64,000 nt of DNA from Candidatus Iainarchaeum sp. (GCA_017609985.1 JAFCCW010000013.1:25520-89519); one strand, 5' to 3'; positions 1-10,277 are shown, counted from the first letter of the stretch. Numbers and translations: made by a program. Notes: generated by a model from the letters alone, not told the origin.

Positions 1-444
1 TATTGCTGCAAATAAAATAAGATTATAATAAACTTGTGAAAGTGCTACAAACATCAAGATTAGCATTCCTCCAAAGAACAACGCGCTTGCGACAGTCCTG
101 TTTGGAATCATCACTAATGCTAAAACTATTAATAAAATCGCAAATAACATTGAACCATAAGTTGTAATTAATTCTTGAATTTCATAATTTGACATTGGAA
201 GATCACAATAGCCATAAAACGATGAAAATTCGTCTAATTCAGACCCGCCGCTCCATTCTCCGCCCGCGGTCACACACTCAGCTTGGGTTTCAGCATCGTA
301 TATTTTATCATAGTCTATTACTACTCCGTTTGCAACAAAACTGGCAAAATACGAGCCTCCAAAAACTACAAGCGAAGCAATTATTGTTCCAAGAAGCAAT
401 GCAACAACTGTCTTGTCAACCGGGTTTGTTTTCAGACTAAGCAT
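1..444 (-). CDS. hypothetical membrane protein, 3' end cut by window edge
   Basis: Not in the ORF track because it is open at the edge. A reverse-strand ATG at 444-442 opens a frame with no stop down to position 1 (148 codons): MLSLKTNPVDKTVVALLLGTIIASLVVFGG...LFAILLIVLALVMIP. It has at least 3 hydrophobic helices. No family recognised. Confidence 0.4.
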   Translation of the reverse strand, partial: MLSLKTNPVDKTVVALLLGTIIASLVVFGGSYFASFVANGVVIDYDKIYDAETQAECVTAGGEWSGGSELDEFSSFYGYCDLPMSNYEIQELITTYGSMLFAILLIVLALVMIPNRTVASALFFGGMLILMFVALSQVYYNLILFAAI

Positions 445-477
445 TTTGATTTATTTGTTTTAAGTAATATATAAACA

Positions 478-1917
478 TTACTTCCCAATCAAGTAACTAA
501 AAAAAGTCTTTGCGCTCTTGAACAAGCGAGGAATTTCTTTTGGATGAGACAGCGACTGTTTCAATTTCTTGAACATATACTTTGGTCTGAGATAAAATTC
601 CTTTCTTCCATCATCACACATTTGAACAAGCTCTTCATTGCTTAGCTCTGGTCTGCTGATTAATGTGTTGTGGCTTCCCTTGTCGTCAACCCATTTTCTA
701 TAATCTTCGGTTATGAGATATTTCTTTTTCTTGAAATAGTCATAAGCCTCTGTTCCAGGATAAACCATTATCGGAAAAAACTGTGCTGTGTCTGGATCAA
801 GCTCTTTTGAAAAATTAATTGTTTTTCTAATGGTTTGCTTTGTTTCTCCCTTATTTCCAAGCATAAAGCACCCATGAATAAGAATTCCTGCTTTTTTTGT
901 GTCCTTCATAAACTGTCTTATTGTCTCAAGCTTTGTTCCCTTTTTGATGTTGTTAAGAATTTTCTGTTCTCCTGACTCAAAGCCGACGCACAACAGCCTG
1001 CAGCCAGCCTTCTTCATTTCAATGAGTGTTTCAAGGCTTACATCTGCTCTTGCATTGCAACTCCAAACCATCTTTATGTCTTTGTTTTTCAATTGTCTGC
1101 AAAAAGCCTTTACTCGCTCAGGGTCTGCAGTGAAAGTATCATCTTCAATAAAAACCTCTTTAACTTCTGGAAAATTCTTTTTGATGTATTCAAATTCTTT
1201 CACGACATTGGAAACACTTCTTCGTCTGTAGTCGTGTCCGTTCATTGTCTGTGGCATCACACAATAAGTGCATCTGTAAGGACAGCCTCTTCCCGTGATT
1301 ATGGTTATTTCCGGAAAAAGATTTGCTGGATAAAAATAGTCGTAAATGTCAAGATGATTTTTGTAGACTTCGCTAACAAATGGAAGTTCATCCAAGTTAT
1401 GTATAAACTCTCTTTTCTTGTTTTCTATTATCTTTCCTTTTTCTCTGAACACCAAACCGTCAACTTTCTTCAAACTCTTTCCTGCTTCAAGCTGTTCTGC
1501 TAAATCCCTTAACGTGTAATCATACTCTGCTACTGCAACAGCGTCAACACCCTTGTTCATTCCAAGCACTTTTTTTGGGAGTGCGCTCACATGAGTTCCC
1601 ACTAGAACAGTGAAGCATTTGCAAGTTATCTTAATTTTTTCAGCAATCTTTACGTCTGAATGAATTGAAGCAGTGCTTGTGTCTATTACTACAAGCTCTG
1701 GCTGGAATTCTTTTACAATTCTAAGAACATCTTTCACACCCATGTTCTTGGGTGGAGCATCCAACAGTTTTACTTCATGCTTTTCTTTTTCCAAGACACC
1801 TGTTGCATAAGCCATCCACATTGGATAATAGACACAACCTCCCTTTGAAACCGCTGGCGAACGAGATGTTCGCGAAAAGCGAGGCAGGAATGGTGGGTTA
1901 AGCAGCAGTATCTTCAT
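478..1917 (-). CDS. B12-binding-domain radical SAM enzyme (class B radical SAM)
   Basis: 479 aa. An N-terminal B12-binding-like region (MKILLLNPPF...) is followed by the radical SAM cluster motif GRGCPYRCTYC (CxxxCxxC). Confidence 0.8.
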   Translation of the reverse strand: MKILLLNPPFLPRFSRTSRSPAVSKGGCVYYPMWMAYATGVLEKEKHEVKLLDAPPKNMGVKDVLRIVKEFQPELVVIDTSTASIHSDVKIAEKIKITCKCFTVLVGTHVSALPKKVLGMNKGVDAVAVAEYDYTLRDLAEQLEAGKSLKKVDGLVFREKGKIIENKKREFIHNLDELPFVSEVYKNHLDIYDYFYPANLFPEITIITGRGCPYRCTYCVMPQTMNGHDYRRRSVSNVVKEFEYIKKNFPEVKEVFIEDDTFTADPERVKAFCRQLKNKDIKMVWSCNARADVSLETLIEMKKAGCRLLCVGFESGEQKILNNIKKGTKLETIRQFMKDTKKAGILIHGCFMLGNKGETKQTIRKTINFSKELDPDTAQFFPIMVYPGTEAYDYFKKKKYLITEDYRKWVDDKGSHNTLISRPELSNEELVQMCDDGRKEFYLRPKYMFKKLKQSLSHPKEIPRLFKSAKTFFSYLIGK

Positions 1918-1962
1918 TTTTTCACTCTCTTCATTTTATTTTTCAATCTTTAATTTCATATT

Positions 1963-2688
1963 TCACTCATCTTCAAGCTTTCTTGTTTCCTTGTTTGCGT
2001 GAAGCAGGTCTTCAAAGTCTCCTGCGTCAAGCCACTTGTCTTTTAGCATACTTGCCTTTAGCATTCCTCGCTTGAGATAATCTCGGTTAACATCAGTTAT
2101 TTCTGTTTCACCTCTTGCCGAGGGCTTGACTTTTCTTATTATATCAAACACGTTCGGTGAATACATATAAATCCCAATTGAAATAAGATTTGAAGGCGGG
2201 TCTTTCGGCTTTTCAATAAGCTCTGTTACCTTGTCTTTGTCCATGACAGCAACACCCGACTTCATTGCCTCTTCTCTTGTTCCATTGTAAAGCATAATCC
2301 TTGCTTCTTCGTCTCCCTTTTCAAAATCTTCTGCAAATTCCTTCAAAGACTCAAAGATGATGTTGTCTCCGTTGATTGAAATAAATTTCTCGTCTCCAAC
2401 AAAATCTTCTGCCAGACTGATTGCTGAAGGAATCCCGCCCGCCTCGTCCTGCACACGGTAAGTAAACTTGACTCCAAATTCCTTTCCGCTTCCCAAAAGA
2501 GTGAAAATGTCTCCAGCATGGTTTGTGCCAGTAACAACCAGAATGTCCTTTACCCCAGCACTTTTCAATGCCTCAAGTGGATAATAAATCATTGGCTTGT
2601 TCCAAACAGGGAGAAGATGCTTGTTTGTCACTTTTGTCAAAGGCATCAGCCTGCTTCCTGTTCCGCCTGCAAGTATAACTCCTTTCAT
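1963..2688 (-). CDS. sugar-1-phosphate nucleotidyltransferase (glucose-1-phosphate thymidylyltransferase-like, short form)
   Basis: 241 aa. N-terminal MKGVILAGGTGSRLMPLT nucleotidyltransferase signature. Its start overlaps the upstream Nudix gene by 4 nt. Confidence 0.8.
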   Translation of the reverse strand: MKGVILAGGTGSRLMPLTKVTNKHLLPVWNKPMIYYPLEALKSAGVKDILVVTGTNHAGDIFTLLGSGKEFGVKFTYRVQDEAGGIPSAISLAEDFVGDEKFISINGDNIIFESLKEFAEDFEKGDEEARIMLYNGTREEAMKSGVAVMDKDKVTELIEKPKDPPSNLISIGIYMYSPNVFDIIRKVKPSARGETEITDVNRDYLKRGMLKASMLKDKWLDAGDFEDLLHANKETRKLEDE

Positions 2689-3113
2689 TCAATCACCTCT
2701 TCCATGTATTTTTTCAAGAACTCTTCAATTTCCAGTCCCATGATTTCTTCCCTTGTCTTCCAAGCCCATTCTGTGTGCTCATGGCTTAATTTGATTTCAG
2801 TGTTTTCTTCAATCCTGCAAGGCAGAACAGCATAGTAAACCCAAATATCTTTTGTTTTTCTTTCTTCAGAGTATGCAAAAACAGGTCTGCCAGACTTAAC
2901 CTTTAACCCAGTTTCCTCCAAAACCTCACGCTCCAATCCATTCTCTGAATTCTCTCCCCATTCGAGTCGTCCTCCGGGAAAATCCCATGCTCCCGGGTAC
3001 TGCTTTGTGCCCGTGCTTCTCTTTATGACAAGAAACTTTCCATTCTTTTTAATCTCTGCTTTCTGGGCAACATGAAAATGATATTTTTTATTGTCTTTGT
3101 CCATTGCATCCAT
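2685..3113 (-). CDS. NUDIX hydrolase
   Basis: Nudix box GGRLEWGENSENGLEREVLEETG. The start is placed at an internal Met (MDAMDKD) to avoid a 38-nt overlap with the dehydratase gene. The ORF-track start at 3155 remains possible. Confidence 0.75.
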   Translation of the reverse strand: MDAMDKDNKKYHFHVAQKAEIKKNGKFLVIKRSTGTKQYPGAWDFPGGRLEWGENSENGLEREVLEETGLKVKSGRPVFAYSEERKTKDIWVYYAVLPCRIEENTEIKLSHEHTEWAWKTREEIMGLEIEEFLKKYMEEVIE

Positions 3114-3117
3114 AAAA

Positions 3118-4092
3118 TCACCCAACCAACTCTTTCCACCAGTCTTCGTTATCAATATACCACTGGATTGTTTCTTTTAATCCTTCTTCAAAATTCTTTT
3201 CAGGTCTCCATCCAAGTTTTTCAATCTTTGAACAGTCAAGGCTGTACCTGAGGTCGTGCCCCAACCTGTCCTCAACGTGGTCAATCATTTCTTTTCCCTT
3301 GCCAAGCTCTTTCAATATCTTGTGCGTCAGGTCAATGTTCTCTAATTCGTTTCCTCCACCAATATTGTAAATTTCTCCTGCTTTTCCTTTTTCAAGCACT
3401 GCATCTATTCCCTTGCAGTTGTCTTCTACGTGCAACCAGTCCCTGATGTTCTTTCCATCACCATATACTGAAACATTTTTTCCCCTCAACAGGTTTGTCA
3501 CAAACAATGGAATAAGCTTTTCAGGAAACTGCCTTGGCCCATAATTGTTACTGCTTCTGGTAATGCACACATTCATGCTGTGCGTGTTATGATAACTAAT
3601 TGCAAGAAGGTCTCCAGCAGCCTTTGCAGCGCTGTAAGGATTGCGTGGATTCAGCAGGTCTGTTTCCGCACTACTTCCCTGCTCTACACTCCCATAAACT
3701 TCGTCTGTTCCAATTTGAATAAATTTTTCAACTCCTTCTTCTCTTGCACAGTCAAGCATTACCTTGACTCCCTCAAAATTTGTTCTCACAAAAGCGCTTG
3801 CGTCCTCTATTGAACGGTCAACATGGCTTTCTGCAGCAAAATTCACTACAGCATCACATCCAGCAACAGCTTTTCTTACGTCACTTGCTTTTGTAATATC
3901 TCCCTGCACAAACCTGAACCTGTCTTCACTCAGCCCCTCAAAATTTTCCTTTCTTCCGGCATAGGTTAGTGAGTCAAGGCAAACAAGCTCTGTTTCAAAA
4001 TGCTCGCGCTGAAAATAGTGCAGAAAATTGCTTCCAATAAAGCCGGCTCCACCGGTTACAAGTAATCTGCTTATTTCACTCATAGTCATCAC
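3118..4092 (-). CDS. rfbB: dTDP-glucose 4,6-dehydratase
   Basis: 324 aa. TGGAGFIGSNF NAD-binding motif and YSAAKAAGD (YxxxK). The overall wording is typical of RmlB/RfbB. Confidence 0.8.
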   Translation of the reverse strand: MMTMSEISRLLVTGGAGFIGSNFLHYFQREHFETELVCLDSLTYAGRKENFEGLSEDRFRFVQGDITKASDVRKAVAGCDAVVNFAAESHVDRSIEDASAFVRTNFEGVKVMLDCAREEGVEKFIQIGTDEVYGSVEQGSSAETDLLNPRNPYSAAKAAGDLLAISYHNTHSMNVCITRSSNNYGPRQFPEKLIPLFVTNLLRGKNVSVYGDGKNIRDWLHVEDNCKGIDAVLEKGKAGEIYNIGGGNELENIDLTHKILKELGKGKEMIDHVEDRLGHDLRYSLDCSKIEKLGWRPEKNFEEGLKETIQWYIDNEDWWKELVG

Positions 4093-4140
4093 AAATTAAC
4101 GCTTTCTAATGGTTTTAAACCTATTCGTGCAGTCATCAAA

Positions 4141-5082
4141 CTATTTTTTATACCATTCAATTGTCTTCTTGAGTCCTTTTTCAAGAGGATAGTTTGGTTT
4201 CCACAATAGTCTTTTTCTAAGCTTTTGCGAAGAAAGCACTGGCTCGTTCACGCCCACATAGTCTGGCTGTCTGAACTCTGGCTTAATATCCACGCCGCAC
4301 ATAGTGATTATTTTTTCAACAATTTGCAGAACTGAATGCTGTTCTTCTGTTGAAATATTGAATGCTTCTCTGTTAACTTTTATTGAGTCAATGTTTTCAA
4401 TCAGCAAAACATATGCAGAGACAACATCTTCAATAAACACAAAATCTCTTTTGGAAAATCCCTTTCCATTCACAACTGGTTTTTCTCCAGACAAAATCCT
4501 CTGAATCGTGTTAGTGATAAGTCTTGTTCCATTCAAGTCCTTTGGACCATAAGCATTCCCAAGCCTTGTGATAACTCCAGTAACTCCACAAGTTTCAAAA
4601 TAGCTTTTTGCAATGTTTTCAGCACAAGCCTTGCTTGCACCATATGGATTTTTTGCAAGCAACAAATCTTCTTCAGAAATAACTTTTTTTTCCTGTGTCC
4701 CGTACACTTTTCCGCTGGAAGCAAAAACTATGCTTGCTCTTTGCTTTCTGCATGCCTCCAGCACATTCAGACTTCCCAAGATATTTATTTCAAAAGTTTC
4801 TTTTGGTTTCTCAATTGCTTTTCCCACAGAAGACTGCGCTGCAAGATGCACAACAAGTTCCTGTTCCTTGATTGCAGACTCTATTGCGCCTGCATCAAGC
4901 AAGTCAGCTTCTTTTACAAAAACTTTTTCTTCTAGACCATGCAATGCAAGACTTCCTTTTTTTTCCTTATCCTGCAACACAGCAGTAACAATTGCTTCCT
5001 GCTCTACAAGAGCTTTGCAAAGCCATCCTCCGATGAAACCGTTTGCTCCCGTGACAGCAATCTTTTTTCCTTTAAGTTTCAT
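4141..5082 (-). CDS. NAD-dependent sugar epimerase/dehydratase (extended SDR)
   Basis: VTGANGFIGGWL Rossmann motif and YGASKACAE (YxxxK). The start is placed at the second Met (MKLKGKK); the track start is 5118. Confidence 0.75.
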   Translation of the reverse strand: MKLKGKKIAVTGANGFIGGWLCKALVEQEAIVTAVLQDKEKKGSLALHGLEEKVFVKEADLLDAGAIESAIKEQELVVHLAAQSSVGKAIEKPKETFEINILGSLNVLEACRKQRASIVFASSGKVYGTQEKKVISEEDLLLAKNPYGASKACAENIAKSYFETCGVTGVITRLGNAYGPKDLNGTRLITNTIQRILSGEKPVVNGKGFSKRDFVFIEDVVSAYVLLIENIDSIKVNREAFNISTEEQHSVLQIVEKIITMCGVDIKPEFRQPDYVGVNEPVLSSQKLRKRLLWKPNYPLEKGLKKTIEWYKK

Positions 5083-5854
5083 TGTCTTTCTCACTTTTTT
5101 CCTGTTTTTTAACTGCATAAAATATCATGTCCCAGCCAAATCCAAGAAGGCGATGTCTGGGAAGCAACGAATCCGCAAAAAAGTTCAGGTTATAAATTAT
5201 TTTTGAGTTATCAACCCAGCGTCCGCCATATAAAGGAGGCGTGCGCGAAACAGACTTAACAGCAAAACCTGCTCTGGCAAGCCTTTTTTCCAGCTCCCTG
5301 CTCCCCTGCAAAGCAATATGCCCTTCATCCATCCAATCTTCCTTTTTGTTCATCCTGTGAAAATTTTTTTTCAAAGAATCTGCTTTACTGCCTGCTATTT
5401 TATCAAAAATCAGTTTAGGCAAATTCGTTTTGTTTGGAGTTGAAAGAATCAGCTTGCCTCCTGGCTTGAGCAGGAAACTGATTTTTTCAAGGAAATTATC
5501 TGTATCCTCAATGTGTTCAAGAACTTCACTGCACACAACCACCTCAAACAAGTCTTTGTTTTTAGGGCAGTAGCTGAATATGTCTGCTGCAAAAAATTCA
5601 ACGTTTTTAATTCTGTTCTTTTTTTTCAGAGTCTGCGCGGCAATTATTGCTGCTTTGTCAATGTCAATTCCAAAAAATTTGTTTTTTTTGTGCTTTTGGG
5701 CAAGCATTGCCAGAAGTTTTCCCCTGCCACACCCAATCTCTAAAACACGGGAATCTGGTTTTTCTACAAGAGCGGTTTCAGCATACTGCTCTATTTCCTT
5801 GACCAAAATGTTCCACGAATATGCTGCGCTGAAACTGGCTGTAATCACAAGCAA
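5072..5854 (-). CDS. class I SAM-dependent methyltransferase
   Basis: 260 aa. SAM-binding motif I VLEIGCGRGKL and motif II-like FFGIDID. Confidence 0.75.
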   Translation of the reverse strand: MLVITASFSAAYSWNILVKEIEQYAETALVEKPDSRVLEIGCGRGKLLAMLAQKHKKNKFFGIDIDKAAIIAAQTLKKKNRIKNVEFFAADIFSYCPKNKDLFEVVVCSEVLEHIEDTDNFLEKISFLLKPGGKLILSTPNKTNLPKLIFDKIAGSKADSLKKNFHRMNKKEDWMDEGHIALQGSRELEKRLARAGFAVKSVSRTPPLYGGRWVDNSKIIYNLNFFADSLLPRHRLLGFGWDMIFYAVKKQEKSEKDNET

Positions 5855-5954
5855 TCACTTTCCAAATTTTTTTCCAACAAAATCACCTGCTATTTTTATA
5901 TAATCTTTACAGAAACTTCACAAAATCTTCCCATTATAATACTGCGCCCTGAAT

Positions 5955-6860
5955 TTATAAAAGCAACTTTCCAAACTTTACGCTGCCAAGCAGCCTGTAA
6001 AACTTGACACCCAGCAGGTAAATTATGCCCCCGAGCACAATTAAAACTGTGTGCGCCGGCGTTTTGTTTTCAACAAATGTTATTCCGCGAGGGGACGACA
6101 ATCCAAACTTTGCCTGTTTGTGCCAGCCCCCTGTTGCTACTCCAAAGTCCTTCATTGGATTCACTAGGAAGCCAAACCTGACATCAAGAAATTCTCCCGC
6201 CAGCTTCGGGTGCTTTTTGTACAAAAGCACATCATTCATGTGATGCTTCCATCTCTTGACAACATAGCCAGCCATCTGAAACAAGCCTTCCGGAGCAATC
6301 TCTTCATGGTCATGCTCGTACATTCTCTTAACCTGAACAAAATCATATCCGAGATCCATTATTGAAAACGAGAGATCAGTGTCTTCCCTAAAATATCTGT
6401 ATCTCTTGTCATAGCATCCAACTCTTTCAAGAAGTTCTTTCCTGAAAGCAGTGCTTGTCCCACCATATTTTCCATAACCGCTTACAATTCCGACTTTATT
6501 GTCTTTAAATGGTTCAATCATTCCCTTGAGCCAGCCTTTTTCAGGAATGCAGTCATGGTCCATGTTGACAACAATCTCAAACCTTGCTTTAGCAATCCCA
6601 GCGTTTCTTGCAGTCACAACTCCTTGGTTTTTCTTAAAGTCAATGAACTTAATCAGTTTTTCTTTGGAGAAGCTTTGCATTAATTTTCTTGTTCCGTCAG
6701 TGCTACCATCATTAACAACAATAACTTCGTATCCAGCAGGATAATTGAGCTTTAGCATTCCATCCAGAACGCGTCTGAGTGTCTTTTCACCATTATAAGT
6801 AGCAATCACAATACTTGCTTTTGGCAGTTTCCAGACCATACTCGCCCCCCCTCTAATCAA
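5955..6860 (-). CDS. family 2 glycosyltransferase (GT-A)
   Basis: ASIVIATYNGEKTL and VVNDGSTDGT motifs, with a C-terminal hydrophobic helix. Confidence 0.75.
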   Translation of the reverse strand: MIRGGASMVWKLPKASIVIATYNGEKTLRRVLDGMLKLNYPAGYEVIVVNDGSTDGTRKLMQSFSKEKLIKFIDFKKNQGVVTARNAGIAKARFEIVVNMDHDCIPEKGWLKGMIEPFKDNKVGIVSGYGKYGGTSTAFRKELLERVGCYDKRYRYFREDTDLSFSIMDLGYDFVQVKRMYEHDHEEIAPEGLFQMAGYVVKRWKHHMNDVLLYKKHPKLAGEFLDVRFGFLVNPMKDFGVATGGWHKQAKFGLSSPRGITFVENKTPAHTVLIVLGGIIYLLGVKFYRLLGSVKFGKLLL

Positions 6861-7929
6861 TAAAGCCTGTTTTAAGGCAGTTCAGGCACACAGTCGGCTC
6901 TGAATATGGTCTGCCTGCCACAGCATTTCTTGCGGACTGGTACATTTTATTGTTCCAGACTTTTCTGAAACCGTCCTTGAAAGCATTTCCGAAATCCATT
7001 CGCTCGTAATAGTTTCCACAGCAGGGGCTAACAGAACCGTTCCAGTTGATTACTGACACAAGCCAGAGAAAATGACAGATTTTTTTCTGAACCTTTCTCT
7101 GCTTTTTTTCATAATCATATCTTGAAAGCTCACCTTCCTTTGGAAGAAAATCTTTTGTATCCTTTATCTTGTCCTCGTCTTTCTTGAAAATTTCCTCAGC
7201 CAAATCACATCTCACATTTCCCTTCACAAGCTTGTCTATTCCAAGCCTGTCCCTGAATTCAGGGAGAAGGGGAATCTGGTGCTTGTTGTGCTCCATTATG
7301 AGAAACTGCCAGACAATTTTTGGAGTCTTTGAGCCAAGTTCTTTCTTTTTTTTAACAACTAACTTGATGTTTTTCTTTATTATGTCAAGCTTTCCCTTTG
7401 CCCTGTATTTTTCATACACCTTTTGAGTTATTCCATCAATCGAAATATACAGTTGGTCAAGCCCTGATTTGACAATTCTCTCAGCATCCTCTTCACTGAA
7501 CGGAACATTAAGATTTGTATTAATGCTTGTTTTAATCCTTTTTTTGTGAGCATACTCTGCCATTTCATAAACATCCTTATTCAAAAACGGCTCGCCCCAA
7601 TTGTTCAAATCAATCTCGTAAAGATAGTCTCCGACTTCATCAACAACTTTCCTGAAATTTGAAAACTTCATGCTTCCCCTGCTTCTTCCCTTCTTTCCCT
7701 GACCTGTCGGGCAGAGAGGGCATGCAAGCATGCAGTTACTGCAGGGATCAAAACTTATTTTCACAGGCAGTGCTCGCACTTTCGCAGGCTTTAACAAAAG
7801 AAACTGGAGAAAAAGCGAAATCATGTTGAAGAATTTTTTCCAGCCAAAATATGGGGATTTCACAAAGCGGTCAAAAGAACGCTTTAACTGAAATTCATAG
7901 TATTCAAGAGTTGAACCCATAGCAAGCAC
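6853..7929 (-). CDS. radical SAM / SPASM-like domain protein
   Basis: 358 aa. CMLACPLC is a CxxxCxxC motif. The C-terminal region is Cys-rich (SPCCGNYY...CLNC), like SPASM/twitch domains. It overlaps the downstream GT2 gene by 8 nt. Confidence 0.7.
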   Translation of the reverse strand: MLAMGSTLEYYEFQLKRSFDRFVKSPYFGWKKFFNMISLFLQFLLLKPAKVRALPVKISFDPCSNCMLACPLCPTGQGKKGRSRGSMKFSNFRKVVDEVGDYLYEIDLNNWGEPFLNKDVYEMAEYAHKKRIKTSINTNLNVPFSEEDAERIVKSGLDQLYISIDGITQKVYEKYRAKGKLDIIKKNIKLVVKKKKELGSKTPKIVWQFLIMEHNKHQIPLLPEFRDRLGIDKLVKGNVRCDLAEEIFKKDEDKIKDTKDFLPKEGELSRYDYEKKQRKVQKKICHFLWLVSVINWNGSVSPCCGNYYERMDFGNAFKDGFRKVWNNKMYQSARNAVAGRPYSEPTVCLNCLKTGFID

Positions 7930-7973
7930 TTTTAAAAGTTTTAACCTTTAGAAACTAATAGAATTGAAGTTTT

Positions 7974-8001
7974 AAACTTATTTATATGGATTGGTACAAT
8001 G
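7974..8001 (-). promoter_or_regulatory. conserved promoter/operator motif, copy 1 (TATA-like ATATAAATA preceded by ATTG-N3-CAAT inverted repeat, minus-strand sense)
   Basis: aaacttatttatatggattggtacaatg. 24 of 28 positions are identical to 10313-10340. It lies 44 nt upstream of the radical SAM/SPASM ATG at 7929. Confidence 0.5.
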
Positions 8002-8067
8002 ATAGTGAGATGCCCCACTAAAAAGCTTTTTTTACATTAATCCGTTAAAACAAGCAAAGGTTTTTTC

Positions 8068-9213
8068 ATGAAAATATTTCTAATAACTCACACGTTTTCA
8101 ACAATTGGTGCGGGCGGAGGCGGAGAAGTCTTTGTCTACAATTTTGTAAAAGAGCTTGCTGGCAGAGGACATAAGGTCTGCGTTTTCACAACATCCACAA
8201 GGCGTAATCCGGAAAAAGAAAAAGAGCTTGGCATAAAAGTTTTTTCTGCTCCAAGCTTTGGACACCATGCATTGCACAAGTTTGAATACGTTCTCTTCTG
8301 GAAACAGGCTCTCAAAGCAGCACAGGAATTTAATCCAGACATAATTCACGCACAAAATGATGTTCTGCCAGCACTAATCGGAGAAAAAATCAAGAACAGG
8401 CTTCACAAACCATTTGTTCTTGGAATAGAGTACCTGAGTGAGAAAAACGTGTCATTGAACATGAAGCTAACCTTTGCACTCAACAAACTATTGCTTCCAA
8501 AAATTGATGCAGACGCAATAGCCTGCTGGAGTGACTATGTAATTGAAAAATTTCTTATTCCCTGGAAAATTCCCAAACAAAAAATAAAAAAGATTACAGG
8601 CGCAATTGACACAGAAAAATACAACCCAAAAAATAGTGGAAAAGATATAACAAAAGAATTTGGAAAAAATCTGATTGTAAGTGCAAAACCTCTTCACAAA
8701 ACAAATGCTTTGGGGATAGCGGAAACAATAAAGGCAATGAAATTTGTTGTAAAAAAACATCCTGACTACAAATATCTTGTTTTTGGAAACGGCGAAAGCA
8801 GGCAAATGCTTGAACAGCTTGTCAAAAAACTTAGTCTTGAAAAAAACATCCTGTTTCCCGGTTCCCTCACACCCGAAAAAGTTCCAGAAGCATATGCTGC
8901 TGCAGACATCCTTGTTCACAGCTTTGCATTCAAGGCAACTACTTCAGTTGCGTTAATGGAGAGCATGGCTGCAGGCAAGGCAATTGTTGCAACAGATACT
9001 GGGGAGGTTGCAAATACCTTGAAGGGTTCTGGAGAGCTAGTGAAAGCGAAAAATCCTGCGAGTATTGCAAGAGGCATAAACAAGCTGATTGAATCCCCTG
9101 CTCTCAGAAAACAGCTTGGCAAAAAAGCAAGGCAGACAGCAGAAGAAAATTACTCAATCAAGAGAATAGCAGACGAGTTTGAAGAGCTTTACTCTCAGTT
9201 TCTGAAAAAATAA
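8068..9213 (+). CDS. family 4 glycosyltransferase (GT-B)
   Basis: 381 aa. N-terminal GGGGEVFV... and C-terminal ESMAAGKAIVATDTGE, typical of GT4/GT1-type enzymes. Confidence 0.8.
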   Translation: MKIFLITHTFSTIGAGGGGEVFVYNFVKELAGRGHKVCVFTTSTRRNPEKEKELGIKVFSAPSFGHHALHKFEYVLFWKQALKAAQEFNPDIIHAQNDVLPALIGEKIKNRLHKPFVLGIEYLSEKNVSLNMKLTFALNKLLLPKIDADAIACWSDYVIEKFLIPWKIPKQKIKKITGAIDTEKYNPKNSGKDITKEFGKNLIVSAKPLHKTNALGIAETIKAMKFVVKKHPDYKYLVFGNGESRQMLEQLVKKLSLEKNILFPGSLTPEKVPEAYAAADILVHSFAFKATTSVALMESMAAGKAIVATDTGEVANTLKGSGELVKAKNPASIARGINKLIESPALRKQLGKKARQTAEENYSIKRIADEFEELYSQFLKK

Positions 9214-9263
9214 TTTCTGATATTCTTTGCTGGCAAACAAGCACAGAAAAAGTTTATAAAAAA

Positions 9264-10277
9264 CTAGATATCCTTTGTCTTGTAGATGCCGTGAGCCATC
9301 TTGGGAATCTCAAAATAGTCCATGTACTTGAAGTCCTTGATTCCTTCTCCTTTTGCCCACTCAATTGTTTTTTCTATTCCCTCGTCAAAGCCGACTTTTG
9401 CCTCGTAGTCCAAAAGCTTTTTTGCTTTTGAAACATCTGCATACACTACTTTGACATCAGAGGTTCTCTTGTCCACGTGCTCTATTTCAACCTTGCTTCC
9501 TGTTTTTTCAATAATCTTTTCAGCAAGCTCTTTGACTGTCCAAGCCTTCTCCGCACCAATGTTCACTGGATTATTAATCAGCTTTTTCTTTCCCACAATA
9601 CTGCAGATCGGTTCAACAATATCAGAGATGTAAGTAAAAGCGCGCTTCTGCAATCCGTCTCCAAAAATAATTGGGTTTTCTCCCTTAAAGCACTTGTTAA
9701 TGAAAATTGGAACAACCCCTCTGTAAGGGTCATCCATTCTCTGCCTTGGCCCATAAACATTAAAGAATCTGACAATGTATGGATTAATTTTTTCAAGCTC
9801 GTAGTAAACACGCAGATAATGCTCGAAAGCCATTTTTGTGACTCCATAAGGATCCTCTGGCATTAAGGGTGCGTCCTCTCTTATTGGTAGTTTCTCTGGC
9901 TTTCCATAAGCTGCAATCGTGCTAGTGAAAACAAAATCCTTTATCCCAGCATTGATTGACTCTGTTAAAAGCGTGATTGAACCCATCAGGTTTGTTTCTG
10001 CATTGAATATTGGAATGAAAACAGACTGCCCCTCTGCTGCGTGAGCTCCAAGGCAGAAAACCGCGTCAACTTTGTTAAGAGCTTTCTTGCAGGCATTTCT
10101 GTCCGTCATGTCGCCTTCAAAGACCTCTATTTCGTCGCCAAAATACTTGAGATTGTCTTTTCCGCCCACAAAATTGTCAAAGACAACAACCTTGTTTCCC
10201 TGGTCTGCAAGATAGTTGGCAACATGGCTTCCTATAAAGCCTGCTCCACCAGATACAAGAACTTTTTTTGACTCCAT
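9264..10277 (-). CDS. NAD-dependent epimerase/dehydratase (UDP-glucose 4-epimerase-like)
   Basis: SGGAGFIGSHV Rossmann motif and YGVTKMAFE (YxxxK). A GGTGAGG Shine-Dalgarno-like sequence sits just upstream of the ATG. Confidence 0.8.
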   Translation of the reverse strand: MESKKVLVSGGAGFIGSHVANYLADQGNKVVVFDNFVGGKDNLKYFGDEIEVFEGDMTDRNACKKALNKVDAVFCLGAHAAEGQSVFIPIFNAETNLMGSITLLTESINAGIKDFVFTSTIAAYGKPEKLPIREDAPLMPEDPYGVTKMAFEHYLRVYYELEKINPYIVRFFNVYGPRQRMDDPYRGVVPIFINKCFKGENPIIFGDGLQKRAFTYISDIVEPICSIVGKKKLINNPVNIGAEKAWTVKELAEKIIEKTGSKVEIEHVDKRTSDVKVVYADVSKAKKLLDYEAKVGFDEGIEKTIEWAKGEGIKDFKYMDYFEIPKMAHGIYKTKDI

